Positions 31,463 through 41,217 of a stretch of DNA of 64,000 nucleotides are shown piece after piece (positions within the stretch are counted from its first letter, which is position 1; each line of letters starts with the position of its first letter). The stretch is taken from NCBI GenBank assembly GCA_037441845.1, contig JBBIRK010000001.1, forward strand, positions 433,284 through 497,283, in the 5' to 3' direction. The position numbers and the translations under genes are program-made. The DNA is from Candidatus Zixiibacteriota bacterium (GTDB taxonomy: Bacteria > Zixibacteria > MSB-5A5 > UBA10806 > 4484-95). The notes below the pieces were generated by a model. That model ran no database searches. It was given only the letters and a program-made list of their open reading frames with translations, and had not been told where the DNA came from.

Positions 31463-32248
31463 ATGAACAAAGGTATGTTATTTTTATGGCTGGGGCTGAG
31501 CTTGAGCCTGGCGTCGACACTCAAGGCGGATATCGTCACCCGGCCGGTCGAGTATGCGGATGGCTCGACCATTCTCGAAGGTTTTCTTGCTTACGACTCG
31601 TCTGCCGCCGGACCTCGCCCTGGCGTGTTGGTTATCCATCAATGGAAAGGAATAACCCGGTATGAAAAAGACCGGGCGGTGCAACTCGCTCGACTGGGCT
31701 ACGTAGCTCTTGCCGCCGACATCTATGGGAAAGGTATCAGGCCGGCGACGAATGAGGAGGCCGCCGCAACGGCCGGAAGATTTTACGGCGAACCGCAACT
31801 TCTGCGGGAAAGAGCCCGAAGCGGGCTACGATTTCTTAAATCATTGGCGATTGTGGACAGCATGAAAACGGCGGCTATCGGCTACTGTTTCGGCGGAAAA
31901 GCGGTTCTCGAGCTCGCCCGCAGCGGCGCCGAGCTCAAGGGAGTGGTCAGTTTTCATGGGGGGCTTGATACTCGAGATCCTGCAGACGCGAAAAATATCC
32001 GCGGCAAGGTACTGGTGCTGCATGGCGCAAGCGATCCGCACGTGGGGCCCGATAAAGTGGCGGCTTTCGAAAAAGAAATGACCGATGCCAAGGTGGATTG
32101 GCAGCTGATCGCCTATGGTGGCGCTGTCCATAGTTTCACCATACCTGATGCCGGCGATGATCCAGCCACCGGCTCCGCCTATGACGAAAAAGCCGATAGG
32201 CGCTCATGGGAGGCCATGCTTCGCTTTTTCGATGAGATATTCAAATAA
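31463..32248 (+). CDS. Dienelactone hydrolase-family protein (signal peptide)
   Basis: GYCFGG nucleophile, VSFHG, HGASDP, YGGAVHSFT. Confidence 0.92.
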   Translation: MNKGMLFLWLGLSLSLASTLKADIVTRPVEYADGSTILEGFLAYDSSAAGPRPGVLVIHQWKGITRYEKDRAVQLARLGYVALAADIYGKGIRPATNEEAAATAGRFYGEPQLLRERARSGLRFLKSLAIVDSMKTAAIGYCFGGKAVLELARSGAELKGVVSFHGGLDTRDPADAKNIRGKVLVLHGASDPHVGPDKVAAFEKEMTDAKVDWQLIAYGGAVHSFTIPDAGDDPATGSAYDEKADRRSWEAMLRFFDEIFK

Positions 32249-32276
32249 GCATCGGCCGATCGGCCCGCACGGATTT

Positions 32277-34994
32277 TTATCGATCGGTCCTGATCCGCAG
32301 AGGTCCGGCCACCGGTGTCAAAGGGCAAGCCGTCAACACCGCCGTCCCCTTGAAATATGATACCAGGCGCGTGATATCCGAACCGCGGAAATCACAACTT
32401 CCGTTGACATCGCCGCCGGCATAAAGCCAGTGATTATCTCCTAACGAATCGTGATAACACGAATCGGGTGGTTGATCGCCGATCCCCTTGAAGTATCGCA
32501 CACCATAGGTGACATCGCCGCCGATCACCGAGCGGTCGCCGTTTATATCGCCCAACATGTAATCGCAGGGAAATCTCATAATGATCTGGACCGTGGTCGT
32601 CTCGCCGGCGCTCACCGCGACTCCGCCGACTATCGTGTCGAGGTAGCTGATGTGATTCAAACTCAGCGAGTAATCCCCCGGAATCAACTGGTCGAAATAA
32701 AACAGACCGCCGGCGTCGCTGGTATCGGTTCGGGAATATCCAATCAGCGTCGCTATGGCACCGGCGACATCGGCGCCTTGATCGTCGATAACGTGTCCGC
32801 GTATCACCCCGAGCGAATCGCCGCCCCCGCCGGCCGTAATGACCGCCAACGTGGCGGTCGCCCCTACCGCGGCTTTCGTGAAATTGGTGAAATACGGCGC
32901 CATGATATGCGACATGTTGTCGTTTACCGTATGATAATACGGATTGAAATCGCCGTAGTATTGTTCGATTCCGAGCATGGCCGCATAACCGTTATCCCAG
33001 AACGACGCGTGATCGGAGGCACCTAATGCCTGCGTTGTGAGCAGATTCGGGCTCAAATTCAAATTGTAATCGCTCACCACCGTCGCAAACAGATTCCCCA
33101 GGGCGATCGACGGGGAAGCGGTGCCGCAGTGCAATTCGCAGATCCCGTCGGAGTTGCCGTCCCACGCGATCATGTCGAAATTGAATACGCCGACTATATC
33201 GTCGCCTCTGACAGCGGCCTCTTCGGCATAAGCCGCCGACCCGAGAAGACCTTGCTCCTCGCCGGTCCAAAGACAAAACTTGATCGTTCTCTCGAATTGC
33301 AAGCCGGCCATCAATCGGGCCGCTTCCAAAACCCCGATAGTTCCCGATCCATTGTCATCGGCACCCGGCGCAAGCGTCTGCGGCGAACCGGACGTGCAAT
33401 CCATATGCCCGCATAATATGACCTGTTGATCCGGATAAACCGTCCCCGACTTGGTGGCGATAACGTTTTTCCAGGCCGATTGAATCGCACCTGTCTGGTC
33501 CTGCCAGGTTTGGCCGAAATCCGTGGTTCTGCAAATTATCCCCGCGCCCACAGCGAAACCGTTACCATCGGATTTAATCGCCACCCCATACAAATCTTTG
33601 ACTATATCGGCCGGCAACTGGGTCCAGCTCGCTCCGGCGTTGGTGGTGATGAATCTCTCTCCGTTCCAGCCCACTATACAACCATGCAGCGAATCGGCGA
33701 AACTTACCTGATATTTTTCCACCGTCGTGCCGAGATTCACGGTCAGCCAGTTGTTGCCGCCGTTGGTCGTGCGGCGGACCACGCCGTCCCAGCCGACCAC
33801 CCAACCCAGATTGCGGTTATAGAAATAGACACCGTAAAGACGCTGAGTGGTATTAGATACCTGTGAAGTCCAGTTGGTTCCGCCGTTGGTGGTGGCCAAG
33901 ATTACACCGTTTCTTCCGACAGCCCAGCCGTAAAGGGAGTCCACGAAATAGACGTCGTAAAGCCTGCTGGTGGTTCCGGATGTCTGGGCTGCCCACGACG
34001 TTCCGCCATTGGTGGTGCGGCGTATGGTGCCGTTGTCACCGACCACCCACCCACGCAGCGGATCGATAAAACAAGAGCCGAAAAGATAATTGGTCGTCCC
34101 CGAACTCTGCCCGACAAAGCTGTTCCCGCCGTTCGATGAAAATCGTATCGTTCCAGCATCGCCGGAAATCCAGATCGAATCGCTTCCGACATTGGAAACG
34201 CCCCAAAGATTGCTGGTTGAACCCGTTGATAACACCTCCCAATTAATCCCGCCGTCGGTAGTGCGCAAAGCTTCATTGTTTTCGGCCACCGCCCAGGCAC
34301 GCTGGCCGTTGAAAACCGCCACATTACGCAGACCTCCGCCGTAGAAACCGTGATATTCGGTGGGATAGCCGTAACTTTCGAGTAATAGCTTCAAGTAACG
34401 GGCAGCCAGTGCGTTGTCTTCGGTGCCCGAATAACGGGTGCGGATCGTGTCGTAATGCCCATCGATATATATAGCCGTTTGGCCGGACAACCGGCTTAAA
34501 TAATGAATCAGCGAATCCTGGCTTACCCGATCGACAAGGGAATCGATCCGCGCATCGTAGGTCAAAACCAGATCGTTTTCGAAAGGAGCGCGTACCCGCG
34601 GCGGCCGACGCATGGTCAAACGCCGGGAAAAAAACGCCCCCGGCAGCGGTTTCAAACTTAAAACATAGTTGACACCCCGATCGAAAATCGACTCGTCCGT
34701 ATGCGGCATGTGTTCGGGTTGAAAATAACAAAGATAAAGATAACCGGTCTCGAAAGGAAAATCCCTGGCGGCGAATTTTACGCCTTGATTTTCAAGCCAC
34801 TCGATCGCGTTCATATCGCCGGCAAGATAAATCTTGTCGGAGGTCCTGCCGAAATACTGTCCCGGGAAAAAGGCCAGTCGTTCGAAATCCAGGGTTGCCC
34901 CTGCATCGAGTGAAATCAAGTAATATTCCGCAGGAAATGCGGCGGCACAAGCGGCCAACACGAACGCTATCACCAAAAATAAACGGCCGGGCAT
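32277..34994 (-). CDS. Secreted M28 metallopeptidase with inserted BNR/YCF48-like propeller, carboxypeptidase-regulatory-like domain and dockerin-like C-terminus
   Basis: GHMD, PGADDNGSG, GEEQGL, NFDMI, YYHT; about 7 TT(D/N)GG.xW repeats; GDINGDRSVIGGDVTY...GDVNGSCDFRGSDITRLV. AAGGAG SD supports ATG 34994. Confidence 0.88.
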   Translation of the reverse strand: MPGRLFLVIAFVLAACAAAFPAEYYLISLDAGATLDFERLAFFPGQYFGRTSDKIYLAGDMNAIEWLENQGVKFAARDFPFETGYLYLCYFQPEHMPHTDESIFDRGVNYVLSLKPLPGAFFSRRLTMRRPPRVRAPFENDLVLTYDARIDSLVDRVSQDSLIHYLSRLSGQTAIYIDGHYDTIRTRYSGTEDNALAARYLKLLLESYGYPTEYHGFYGGGLRNVAVFNGQRAWAVAENNEALRTTDGGINWEVLSTGSTSNLWGVSNVGSDSIWISGDAGTIRFSSNGGNSFVGQSSGTTNYLFGSCFIDPLRGWVVGDNGTIRRTTNGGTSWAAQTSGTTSRLYDVYFVDSLYGWAVGRNGVILATTNGGTNWTSQVSNTTQRLYGVYFYNRNLGWVVGWDGVVRRTTNGGNNWLTVNLGTTVEKYQVSFADSLHGCIVGWNGERFITTNAGASWTQLPADIVKDLYGVAIKSDGNGFAVGAGIICRTTDFGQTWQDQTGAIQSAWKNVIATKSGTVYPDQQVILCGHMDCTSGSPQTLAPGADDNGSGTIGVLEAARLMAGLQFERTIKFCLWTGEEQGLLGSAAYAEEAAVRGDDIVGVFNFDMIAWDGNSDGICELHCGTASPSIALGNLFATVVSDYNLNLSPNLLTTQALGASDHASFWDNGYAAMLGIEQYYGDFNPYYHTVNDNMSHIMAPYFTNFTKAAVGATATLAVITAGGGGDSLGVIRGHVIDDQGADVAGAIATLIGYSRTDTSDAGGLFYFDQLIPGDYSLSLNHISYLDTIVGGVAVSAGETTTVQIIMRFPCDYMLGDINGDRSVIGGDVTYGVRYFKGIGDQPPDSCYHDSLGDNHWLYAGGDVNGSCDFRGSDITRLVSYFKGTAVLTACPLTPVAGPLRIRTDR

Positions 34995-35145
34995 CGAATC
35001 TCCTTTGTTGAAGTCTTCAGCACAAATTAAGCATATCCGGATAATTGTCAAGTTGCTTATATAAGTAATGCTTATGGAATCGATTGGATATCGCCGACGG
35101 CGGTATCAAGACAGATTCACAGGAAATCAGGCAACGGCCTGACGA

Positions 35146-35685
35146 TCAAAGCCCAAGCTCTTCCTTGGTGAAAATCGGGTCGAATTCATAGCCGAACCCG
35201 GCGAATTTTTCGGCGGCTCCCTGACGCCGATCGACCAGCGAAATTATTTTCACCACCTCGCAGCCGAGCGGACGGATCGCCTCCACCGCTTTGAGAGCGG
35301 AGGTGCCGGTCGTGGTGACATCTTCGATAATCGCCACCCGTGCGCCGTCTTTGAGCGGCCCTTCTATAAGACTGCGGGTGCCGTGCCCTTTCGGCTCCTT
35401 GCGCACGATAAAACCATCGAGAGCGATCCCTCTCAGATGAGCGAACGCGATGACCGCCCCGACTATGGGATCCGCCCCCAGCGTCAGGCCGCCGACAGCT
35501 TCGACCCGATGCCCCTCGATTTTGTCGAGAATTATCTGAGCCATCAACGCCAACCCCTCGGAATCGAGCGCCAGGTATTTGCCGTTGATATAATAATTCG
35601 ATTTCTGTCCGGAGGAGAGGATGAATTCGCCGAATTTCACCGCTTTGGCCATGAACAATTCTTTCAGTCGTTCTCTAACGTTCAT
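35146..35685 (-). CDS. pyrE: Orotate phosphoribosyltransferase
   Basis: FGEFILSSGQKSNYY, VRKEPKGHG, IIEDVTTTGTS, LVDR. Confidence 0.95.
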   Translation of the reverse strand: MNVRERLKELFMAKAVKFGEFILSSGQKSNYYINGKYLALDSEGLALMAQIILDKIEGHRVEAVGGLTLGADPIVGAVIAFAHLRGIALDGFIVRKEPKGHGTRSLIEGPLKDGARVAIIEDVTTTGTSALKAVEAIRPLGCEVVKIISLVDRRQGAAEKFAGFGYEFDPIFTKEELGL

Positions 35686-36005
35686 ATTTTCTCCGCGCAA
35701 TTTGCCGGGATCCAGCCTTTTTGACCCGACGTCGTTTCGCACCACAACCAACCCGAATTTTCCTCGTGGACAAACAAAATATCGGAACAGCGGACGGTCA
35801 ATTCGGAAGCATCGTAATCTGCCAAAGCGGTCGCTTTCGTTCCCTTACGGGCAATAACGGTTTCGGGGACCCATCCTTGTTTTTGCACCTCGTTTGTGCA
35901 CCAAACCCAACCCGGCCACTTGCTCTTTTTATTTTTCAGAATCAGAGGATCGCCTTTTTTAAGGCGGATCGGATCAGGATAAGCAGAACGATACGCCTTT
36001 TTCAC
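35682..36005 (-). CDS. Tandem bacterial SH3-domain protein
   Basis: YPDPIRLKKGD, WPGWVWC, GWVPE, DYDASELTV, GWLWC, GWIP; start uncertain. Confidence 0.8.
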   Translation of the reverse strand: MKKAYRSAYPDPIRLKKGDPLILKNKKSKWPGWVWCTNEVQKQGWVPETVIARKGTKATALADYDASELTVRCSDILFVHEENSGWLWCETTSGQKGWIPANCAEKI

Positions 36006-36049
36006 TCTGATTTTGTATCTTGCTCCCTTAATGCCGTCTCCAAGTAATT

Positions 36050-38986
36050 CTATCTTAACAATACCATTTTCCGGCTGATACTGCTTTTGGCGTTCGACAG
36101 CCTTAAGAAATAGACGCCGCTGGCGGCCGCGCATCCGTCATGATCCCGGCCATCCCAATTTACGGTATAAAACCCCGCCGCCAGCGGGCCGCTCGCCAGT
36201 TCTTTCACTCTTCGGCCAAGTAGATCGAATATCTCAAGCTTTATATGTCCGGGCTCGAAAACGGAAAACGAAATGCTCGTGTTCGAGTTGAACGGATTAG
36301 GGTAGTTCGGGGCAAGATAGAATGTTTCCGGCAGCTTATCCGAATTTTCGGCGATGGCGGTGATCTCGTGATATTTGGCATAGGCGGCATCGGCGGCCTG
36401 CTGGAGCAGTGACAAGCTGGTCTGCCCCAAAACCGCAAATGCCACTTCGATCGAGTCCCCCGATGCCATATCGAAAACGCCGGTGGTCAGCATCAGCGAG
36501 GCATCTTCGGGAGAGGTTATCGCCGTATCGGAAAATCCGCTCGTCATATAGGTCCATTTGTCGGCAAGCGTAAATCGCGGCGGATAGACCTCGGTCGAGT
36601 TATGTAAAGCCTTGAAAGCGACCGCCCCCTCGAGATTAAGCACCATCACCCCCCGATAATTGCTCCCCGAATACTGGTAGCCGAGATTCCGGCTTCGATC
36701 GAAACCCACCCTATCGGTCGGTGAACCATAAGGGATATCCCAATCCTGGAACATCGCTACCCTGAGTCCTGCAATCGAATCCTGCCCGGTGTTGGTGATC
36801 CTGAGACGAGTAACGACAAACCTATCGTTCGGCGCTTGCGTCCACGAGAAGGTAGTCTGGTTCACCATGATATTAAGCGGCTGGTCGGCGAGCTGGTCAT
36901 TGAATACGGTTTGAAACTCCTCGGCCGAAATCGGACCGGGTTCCAGCATTTGAATCGAGCTCAAAGGAAGAAAATCGCTGCCGGTCCCCTGATTTTCGTC
37001 TCGGGCTGCATTCGATACCGCCGTCGGGCCGTTTCCGATCAATAAAGCACCCTCGAAAAGATAGTTGGTTCCGGTCCGAGGTGTGCGGAACCCGCGCCCT
37101 TGCCAGTTCGGATTCATGCCATCGGGAGCCAGCCCGTATTGTCCGAAATTCGAAATGGTGTAATCGACATTGCCGGCATTGTGAGTTGCTATCGCCTGAC
37201 TCGCCGGCCGCCCGACCGTAATCCCAAAAGCGGCATCTGCGGAATAGTTGCCAGCCTGAATATGAAGGTTAAACATAATCCGCCGGCCCGCAGGAGCGGA
37301 AACGGCTATGACGGCGCCGTAAGGCTGCGCATAATTGTTGGCTCGTCCGTTCGACTGAATATCGCCGAAAAACGCCGAATCTTGCTGGATACTAACGAAC
37401 GGGTCATTGGAGGAAAGCAGGCCGATTACGTTATGAGCGGCCGCCCCGGTATTCTGCAAGGTTAAAACTATGCCGATCGTGTCTCCGGGATCGGCGTAAT
37501 TGTCGTGCGGTTCTATCACCAATACGCTGTCTATCCTGATATACGGCAGGTCGTTGGCCGGCACGAGGTCTAAAGCGGCCCGCACGTTGATTATCCCTTT
37601 GCCGTAATTGTTATCCTCGCCGACAGAACCGAGGTCCCTCGCCGATTGCCATAACGCCCATTTCAGCGTGTCCACCGAGGCGTTGGGATTATATTGCCGC
37701 AGCAGAGCGATCGCCCCGGCCACGTGAGGACATGCCATCGAGGTGCCGCTCCATCCCGATTGCTGATAGCCGCCGCCCGGCACCGACGATCTTACATCAA
37801 CCCCCGGAGCCACCACCTCGGGTTTGATCGTTGAATGGTCGCACTGCGACGGCCCGCGTGCCGAGAAATCGGCAATCGGAAGCGTGCCGCTGTTGCCGTT
37901 GACCGCGCCGACGGAAAATGTATTGAACGGCGTGGTTATCCGGCTGGCCGGAGCCCAAACCGATTCAACATAAGGATCGCCGGTCAATCTGTTGCCGGCG
38001 GCGAATATCACCGCCACTTCCGCCGCCTCACAGTTGTCGATCATCGCCCACACCGTTTGCGGACAGGTGAAATCGTGATATCCCCAGGAATTCGAGATCA
38101 CGTCGGGCACGTCGTCGATCGTCAACGGATCGCCGTCGGGATCGGCAAGCCATTGAAAAGCAAGGATCACATTGCCGCCGGTCACTATGGCTCTTGCGGC
38201 TATCCACTGAGCGCCGAATGCCACCCCGATAGTATCGCCCGTGCTCGCACCGAGACCGGTCATGGTCCCCATGGTATGCGTTCCATGACCGTCGGAATCA
38301 TAGGGAGACGGATTCCCCGGATTTGCCGTGTCCAGCCAGCATTCGTCGGCGGGCTGACCGTTATTGCCGCGCCAGCGCGACGCCAAAGCCGGATGGGTTC
38401 CATCGACGCCGGTATCGATATTAGCCACCAGACGACCGGCGCCGGTGTAACCGAGCGCCCAAACCTGATGGGCATTTATCACCTGAAGCCCGGTTTCGAC
38501 ACGCGCGGCTGCCGGCGGCTCGGGCTCTGCGCCGATCGGACCGATCGGTTTTATAAGCGTCGGCTCTTCCCAAAGATATATGCCCTCGACCGATTCATGT
38601 CGGGCGATATTATGAATCGCCGCAGCCGACAGATCGCCGGTAATCGCGTTCACGATCCACCAACCACGCACATCGGCCGCCATACCTTGACGCGTGAGCG
38701 TTTCCAAATCCGCCAACAACGGCGCCTGACTGCGAGAGGCGATTTCGCGAAGCGAATTTATTACATAGGCGTGCCGCTGCCTGACGGTTGAGTTGGACAT
38801 ATTCATTTGCATCTTGAAAGTCTCGGTATCGAATTGATCATTAAGCATAATCAAGCAGGTGATTTTATCTTCGTCCCCGGCTTTCGATAAAAAAGCGTCC
38901 AATTTCGAATCGATTACTCCCGCTATGGAATCAAGTGAAAACAGCACCATTAACGATAAAATCGCGGCACCCTTCGCAAAGCGCAT
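36050..38986 (-). CDS. Secreted S8 subtilase (bacillopeptidase F-like) with C-terminal FlgD-Ig domain
   Basis: NIDTGVD, GHGTHTMG, FAAGN, GTSMACPHVAG; ends NYPNPFN...WDG...SGVYFL...KMVLLR; GGAGG SD before ATG 38986. Confidence 0.93.
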   Translation of the reverse strand: MRFAKGAAILSLMVLFSLDSIAGVIDSKLDAFLSKAGDEDKITCLIMLNDQFDTETFKMQMNMSNSTVRQRHAYVINSLREIASRSQAPLLADLETLTRQGMAADVRGWWIVNAITGDLSAAAIHNIARHESVEGIYLWEEPTLIKPIGPIGAEPEPPAAARVETGLQVINAHQVWALGYTGAGRLVANIDTGVDGTHPALASRWRGNNGQPADECWLDTANPGNPSPYDSDGHGTHTMGTMTGLGASTGDTIGVAFGAQWIAARAIVTGGNVILAFQWLADPDGDPLTIDDVPDVISNSWGYHDFTCPQTVWAMIDNCEAAEVAVIFAAGNRLTGDPYVESVWAPASRITTPFNTFSVGAVNGNSGTLPIADFSARGPSQCDHSTIKPEVVAPGVDVRSSVPGGGYQQSGWSGTSMACPHVAGAIALLRQYNPNASVDTLKWALWQSARDLGSVGEDNNYGKGIINVRAALDLVPANDLPYIRIDSVLVIEPHDNYADPGDTIGIVLTLQNTGAAAHNVIGLLSSNDPFVSIQQDSAFFGDIQSNGRANNYAQPYGAVIAVSAPAGRRIMFNLHIQAGNYSADAAFGITVGRPASQAIATHNAGNVDYTISNFGQYGLAPDGMNPNWQGRGFRTPRTGTNYLFEGALLIGNGPTAVSNAARDENQGTGSDFLPLSSIQMLEPGPISAEEFQTVFNDQLADQPLNIMVNQTTFSWTQAPNDRFVVTRLRITNTGQDSIAGLRVAMFQDWDIPYGSPTDRVGFDRSRNLGYQYSGSNYRGVMVLNLEGAVAFKALHNSTEVYPPRFTLADKWTYMTSGFSDTAITSPEDASLMLTTGVFDMASGDSIEVAFAVLGQTSLSLLQQAADAAYAKYHEITAIAENSDKLPETFYLAPNYPNPFNSNTSISFSVFEPGHIKLEIFDLLGRRVKELASGPLAAGFYTVNWDGRDHDGCAAASGVYFLRLSNAKSSISRKMVLLR

Positions 38987-39265
38987 TTTACCTCCACGGT
39001 TGTCGTTTACATGTTTTTTATGAATATATGATATATCCAATATTCCACAATAGCTATTTATGTTCAAACGGTGAAACAGCGCAATCGATATCTATCTCGG
39101 CGGCCGATACAATTGCGGCGAAATGAATTGCCGGGGAAGTTGCTGCCTGAGAATGAAACCGGACGAATAAGCCGGGTTACACGCTGAAACTGCATTTCCG
39201 CCGAAGTTTCGCACTGAAACCGCTGCTTTTTCAGAAATCTGTATCAATGCCGAAAAGCCTGAACA

Positions 39266-41068
39266 ATGGAAATCAGAATCCCAAAGTTGATTTTGGCTGC
39301 AATCCTTGTGGCTACTGCAACCCATTGCACAACAGCTGGTTGGCTTGAGGAAATCAGAGTGAACACGGTAACCGACGGCAAACAGGCATCGCGAGGCAGC
39401 GACTGCCCATGGTCATTGGCCTGCGGTCCCGACGGCAGAGCACATGTGATCTGGGAGGATAGACGAACCGGTCGCGAGTTGCGAGTTTTCTACAGGGGCA
39501 AATCCCCCAGCCCGACCTGGGACCTTTGGGATTCGACCGACGTCAACATATCGCCGATCGACACCTCCGATATGCTCGGCCATCCATCGGTGGGCGCTCT
39601 CGATAACGGCTCCATAATCTCCGTCTATGTCGAGGAAAAGCCTTACAGGGGGGAACTATGCGGCACGATCTGGCCGGCCGGTTTCAGTTCATGGAATCAA
39701 CCGGAATTCGTCTCCATACCCGGCGGAAACCACCTTACTTTCACCTCGACCGGTTGGCAGACGACGATCGCCACCAACGGCCACCGGGCGATCACGTTCT
39801 GGCCTTATGTCGGCGATAGCCTCGAAAACCACCGGCCGATCTTTTATCGCAGATATGTTTCGTCGGCGTGGGAAACAACCGAACAGCCGCTCGCGCTGCC
39901 CGGACTCGGTTTGTTTTACGATGCAAAAAATCTTTCGGCCGTATGGGCTATTGCGGACACGATCTATCTCGTGTTCGCCGCGGTAACGGACGAGCAACCT
40001 ATTTACAATATCTATTTCGTGAAATTACATTTTCCCTCGGGCGAAATCAATCTGTTCGAACAGTTGACCGATGACAGCGTCAATTCGGCGCAATTCCCCT
40101 ACGTGGCCCGCTTCCCCTCGGAAAACGGCGACGATATTTATTTAAGTTACACTGAATACGGCCAGATTTTGAAGGCCAAACTCGCCATTAAACGACATGA
40201 CCTGCCGGAATGGATTACGGGCGTGGACATAGTCGGCGACGGCAATTCGAGCGCATTTCCATGCGTTGCTTATAACCCCCATTGCTGGATCGATCTGGCC
40301 TACGAAAAGCCCGGAAACGAACCTAACAGCCAGATTTTTCACCGCCGCTATTTTCCGGAAAACGAATCATTCGGCGAGGAAGAGCAGGTATCCGGAGGCG
40401 ATTATTTTTCGAAAAGACCGGTGATCGCCTGTGATATATACGGCAATGTTCATGTCACTTACATTTCCAATCGCGATCATCCCGAAATTTTCGGCGATGA
40501 AGAAGTTTACTACCGGATGTTCGATTCGCCGCCGTTGAAACCGACCGATGTATTCGTTGACGGCGACACCCTGCGCTGGAATTATCCCGATCTGCCGGAT
40601 CTACGGATATTCGTCATCTTTCAGATAACCGCCGCGGAAACCACCATGATAGGCAGCACCCGCAACCGATTCTTCAGGCACACGCTCGGCCCCGATGCCG
40701 TTTTCGGTGTGCGGGCGCTTGACCTCGAATATCAAGGGTCACCTTTGGCGGTCAGTCAATCGCCGAGCGTCATTGCGCATTCGCCGCAGCTGACCTATGA
40801 ATTCGAACTCGGCCCGAATTATCCCAATCCTTTCAATCGGTCCACCGTGATTCCGATAACCAACCCCTCGGCGCTCCCGGCGACTATCGAAATAATCGAT
40901 ATCTGCGGAAGACTTGTAAGGAGGCTCGAAATACACCCCGGACAAAATCAGGTATTTTGGGATGGCAAAAACAGTGCCGGTTTATCGGTCGTTTCCGGCC
41001 GCTATTTTTACCGCGGGGTTCAGGATGCGCTCACCAGCCGACCGCAGATGATGACTTTGGTGAAGTAG
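39266..41068 (+). CDS. Secreted repeat/propeller-like protein with C-terminal FlgD-Ig domain
   Basis: Signal peptide; repeated P...HV.W/Y...IFY blocks; NYPNPFN...WDG...SGRYFY tail. Confidence 0.7.
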   Translation: MEIRIPKLILAAILVATATHCTTAGWLEEIRVNTVTDGKQASRGSDCPWSLACGPDGRAHVIWEDRRTGRELRVFYRGKSPSPTWDLWDSTDVNISPIDTSDMLGHPSVGALDNGSIISVYVEEKPYRGELCGTIWPAGFSSWNQPEFVSIPGGNHLTFTSTGWQTTIATNGHRAITFWPYVGDSLENHRPIFYRRYVSSAWETTEQPLALPGLGLFYDAKNLSAVWAIADTIYLVFAAVTDEQPIYNIYFVKLHFPSGEINLFEQLTDDSVNSAQFPYVARFPSENGDDIYLSYTEYGQILKAKLAIKRHDLPEWITGVDIVGDGNSSAFPCVAYNPHCWIDLAYEKPGNEPNSQIFHRRYFPENESFGEEEQVSGGDYFSKRPVIACDIYGNVHVTYISNRDHPEIFGDEEVYYRMFDSPPLKPTDVFVDGDTLRWNYPDLPDLRIFVIFQITAAETTMIGSTRNRFFRHTLGPDAVFGVRALDLEYQGSPLAVSQSPSVIAHSPQLTYEFELGPNYPNPFNRSTVIPITNPSALPATIEIIDICGRLVRRLEIHPGQNQVFWDGKNSAGLSVVSGRYFYRGVQDALTSRPQMMTLVK

Positions 41069-41217
41069 GCCCACCGAGGCGAATTGCGCCCGCTCGGCCG
41101 ATTTCCTTTACTGCACGGTTTGACACGCTCAGCCCAGCCGACAAAATTCCTGCCCGCCCGACGAACGATCACCATGCGATTCGGATAAATTACCAGGTTT
41201 TGGAGTCGATTAAATAA

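Noticed and set aside
39072..39219. Degenerate CRISPR array (GAAAC ends)
   Set aside because: Only 6 bp are conserved, the period of about 30 bp is too short, and there are no cas genes.
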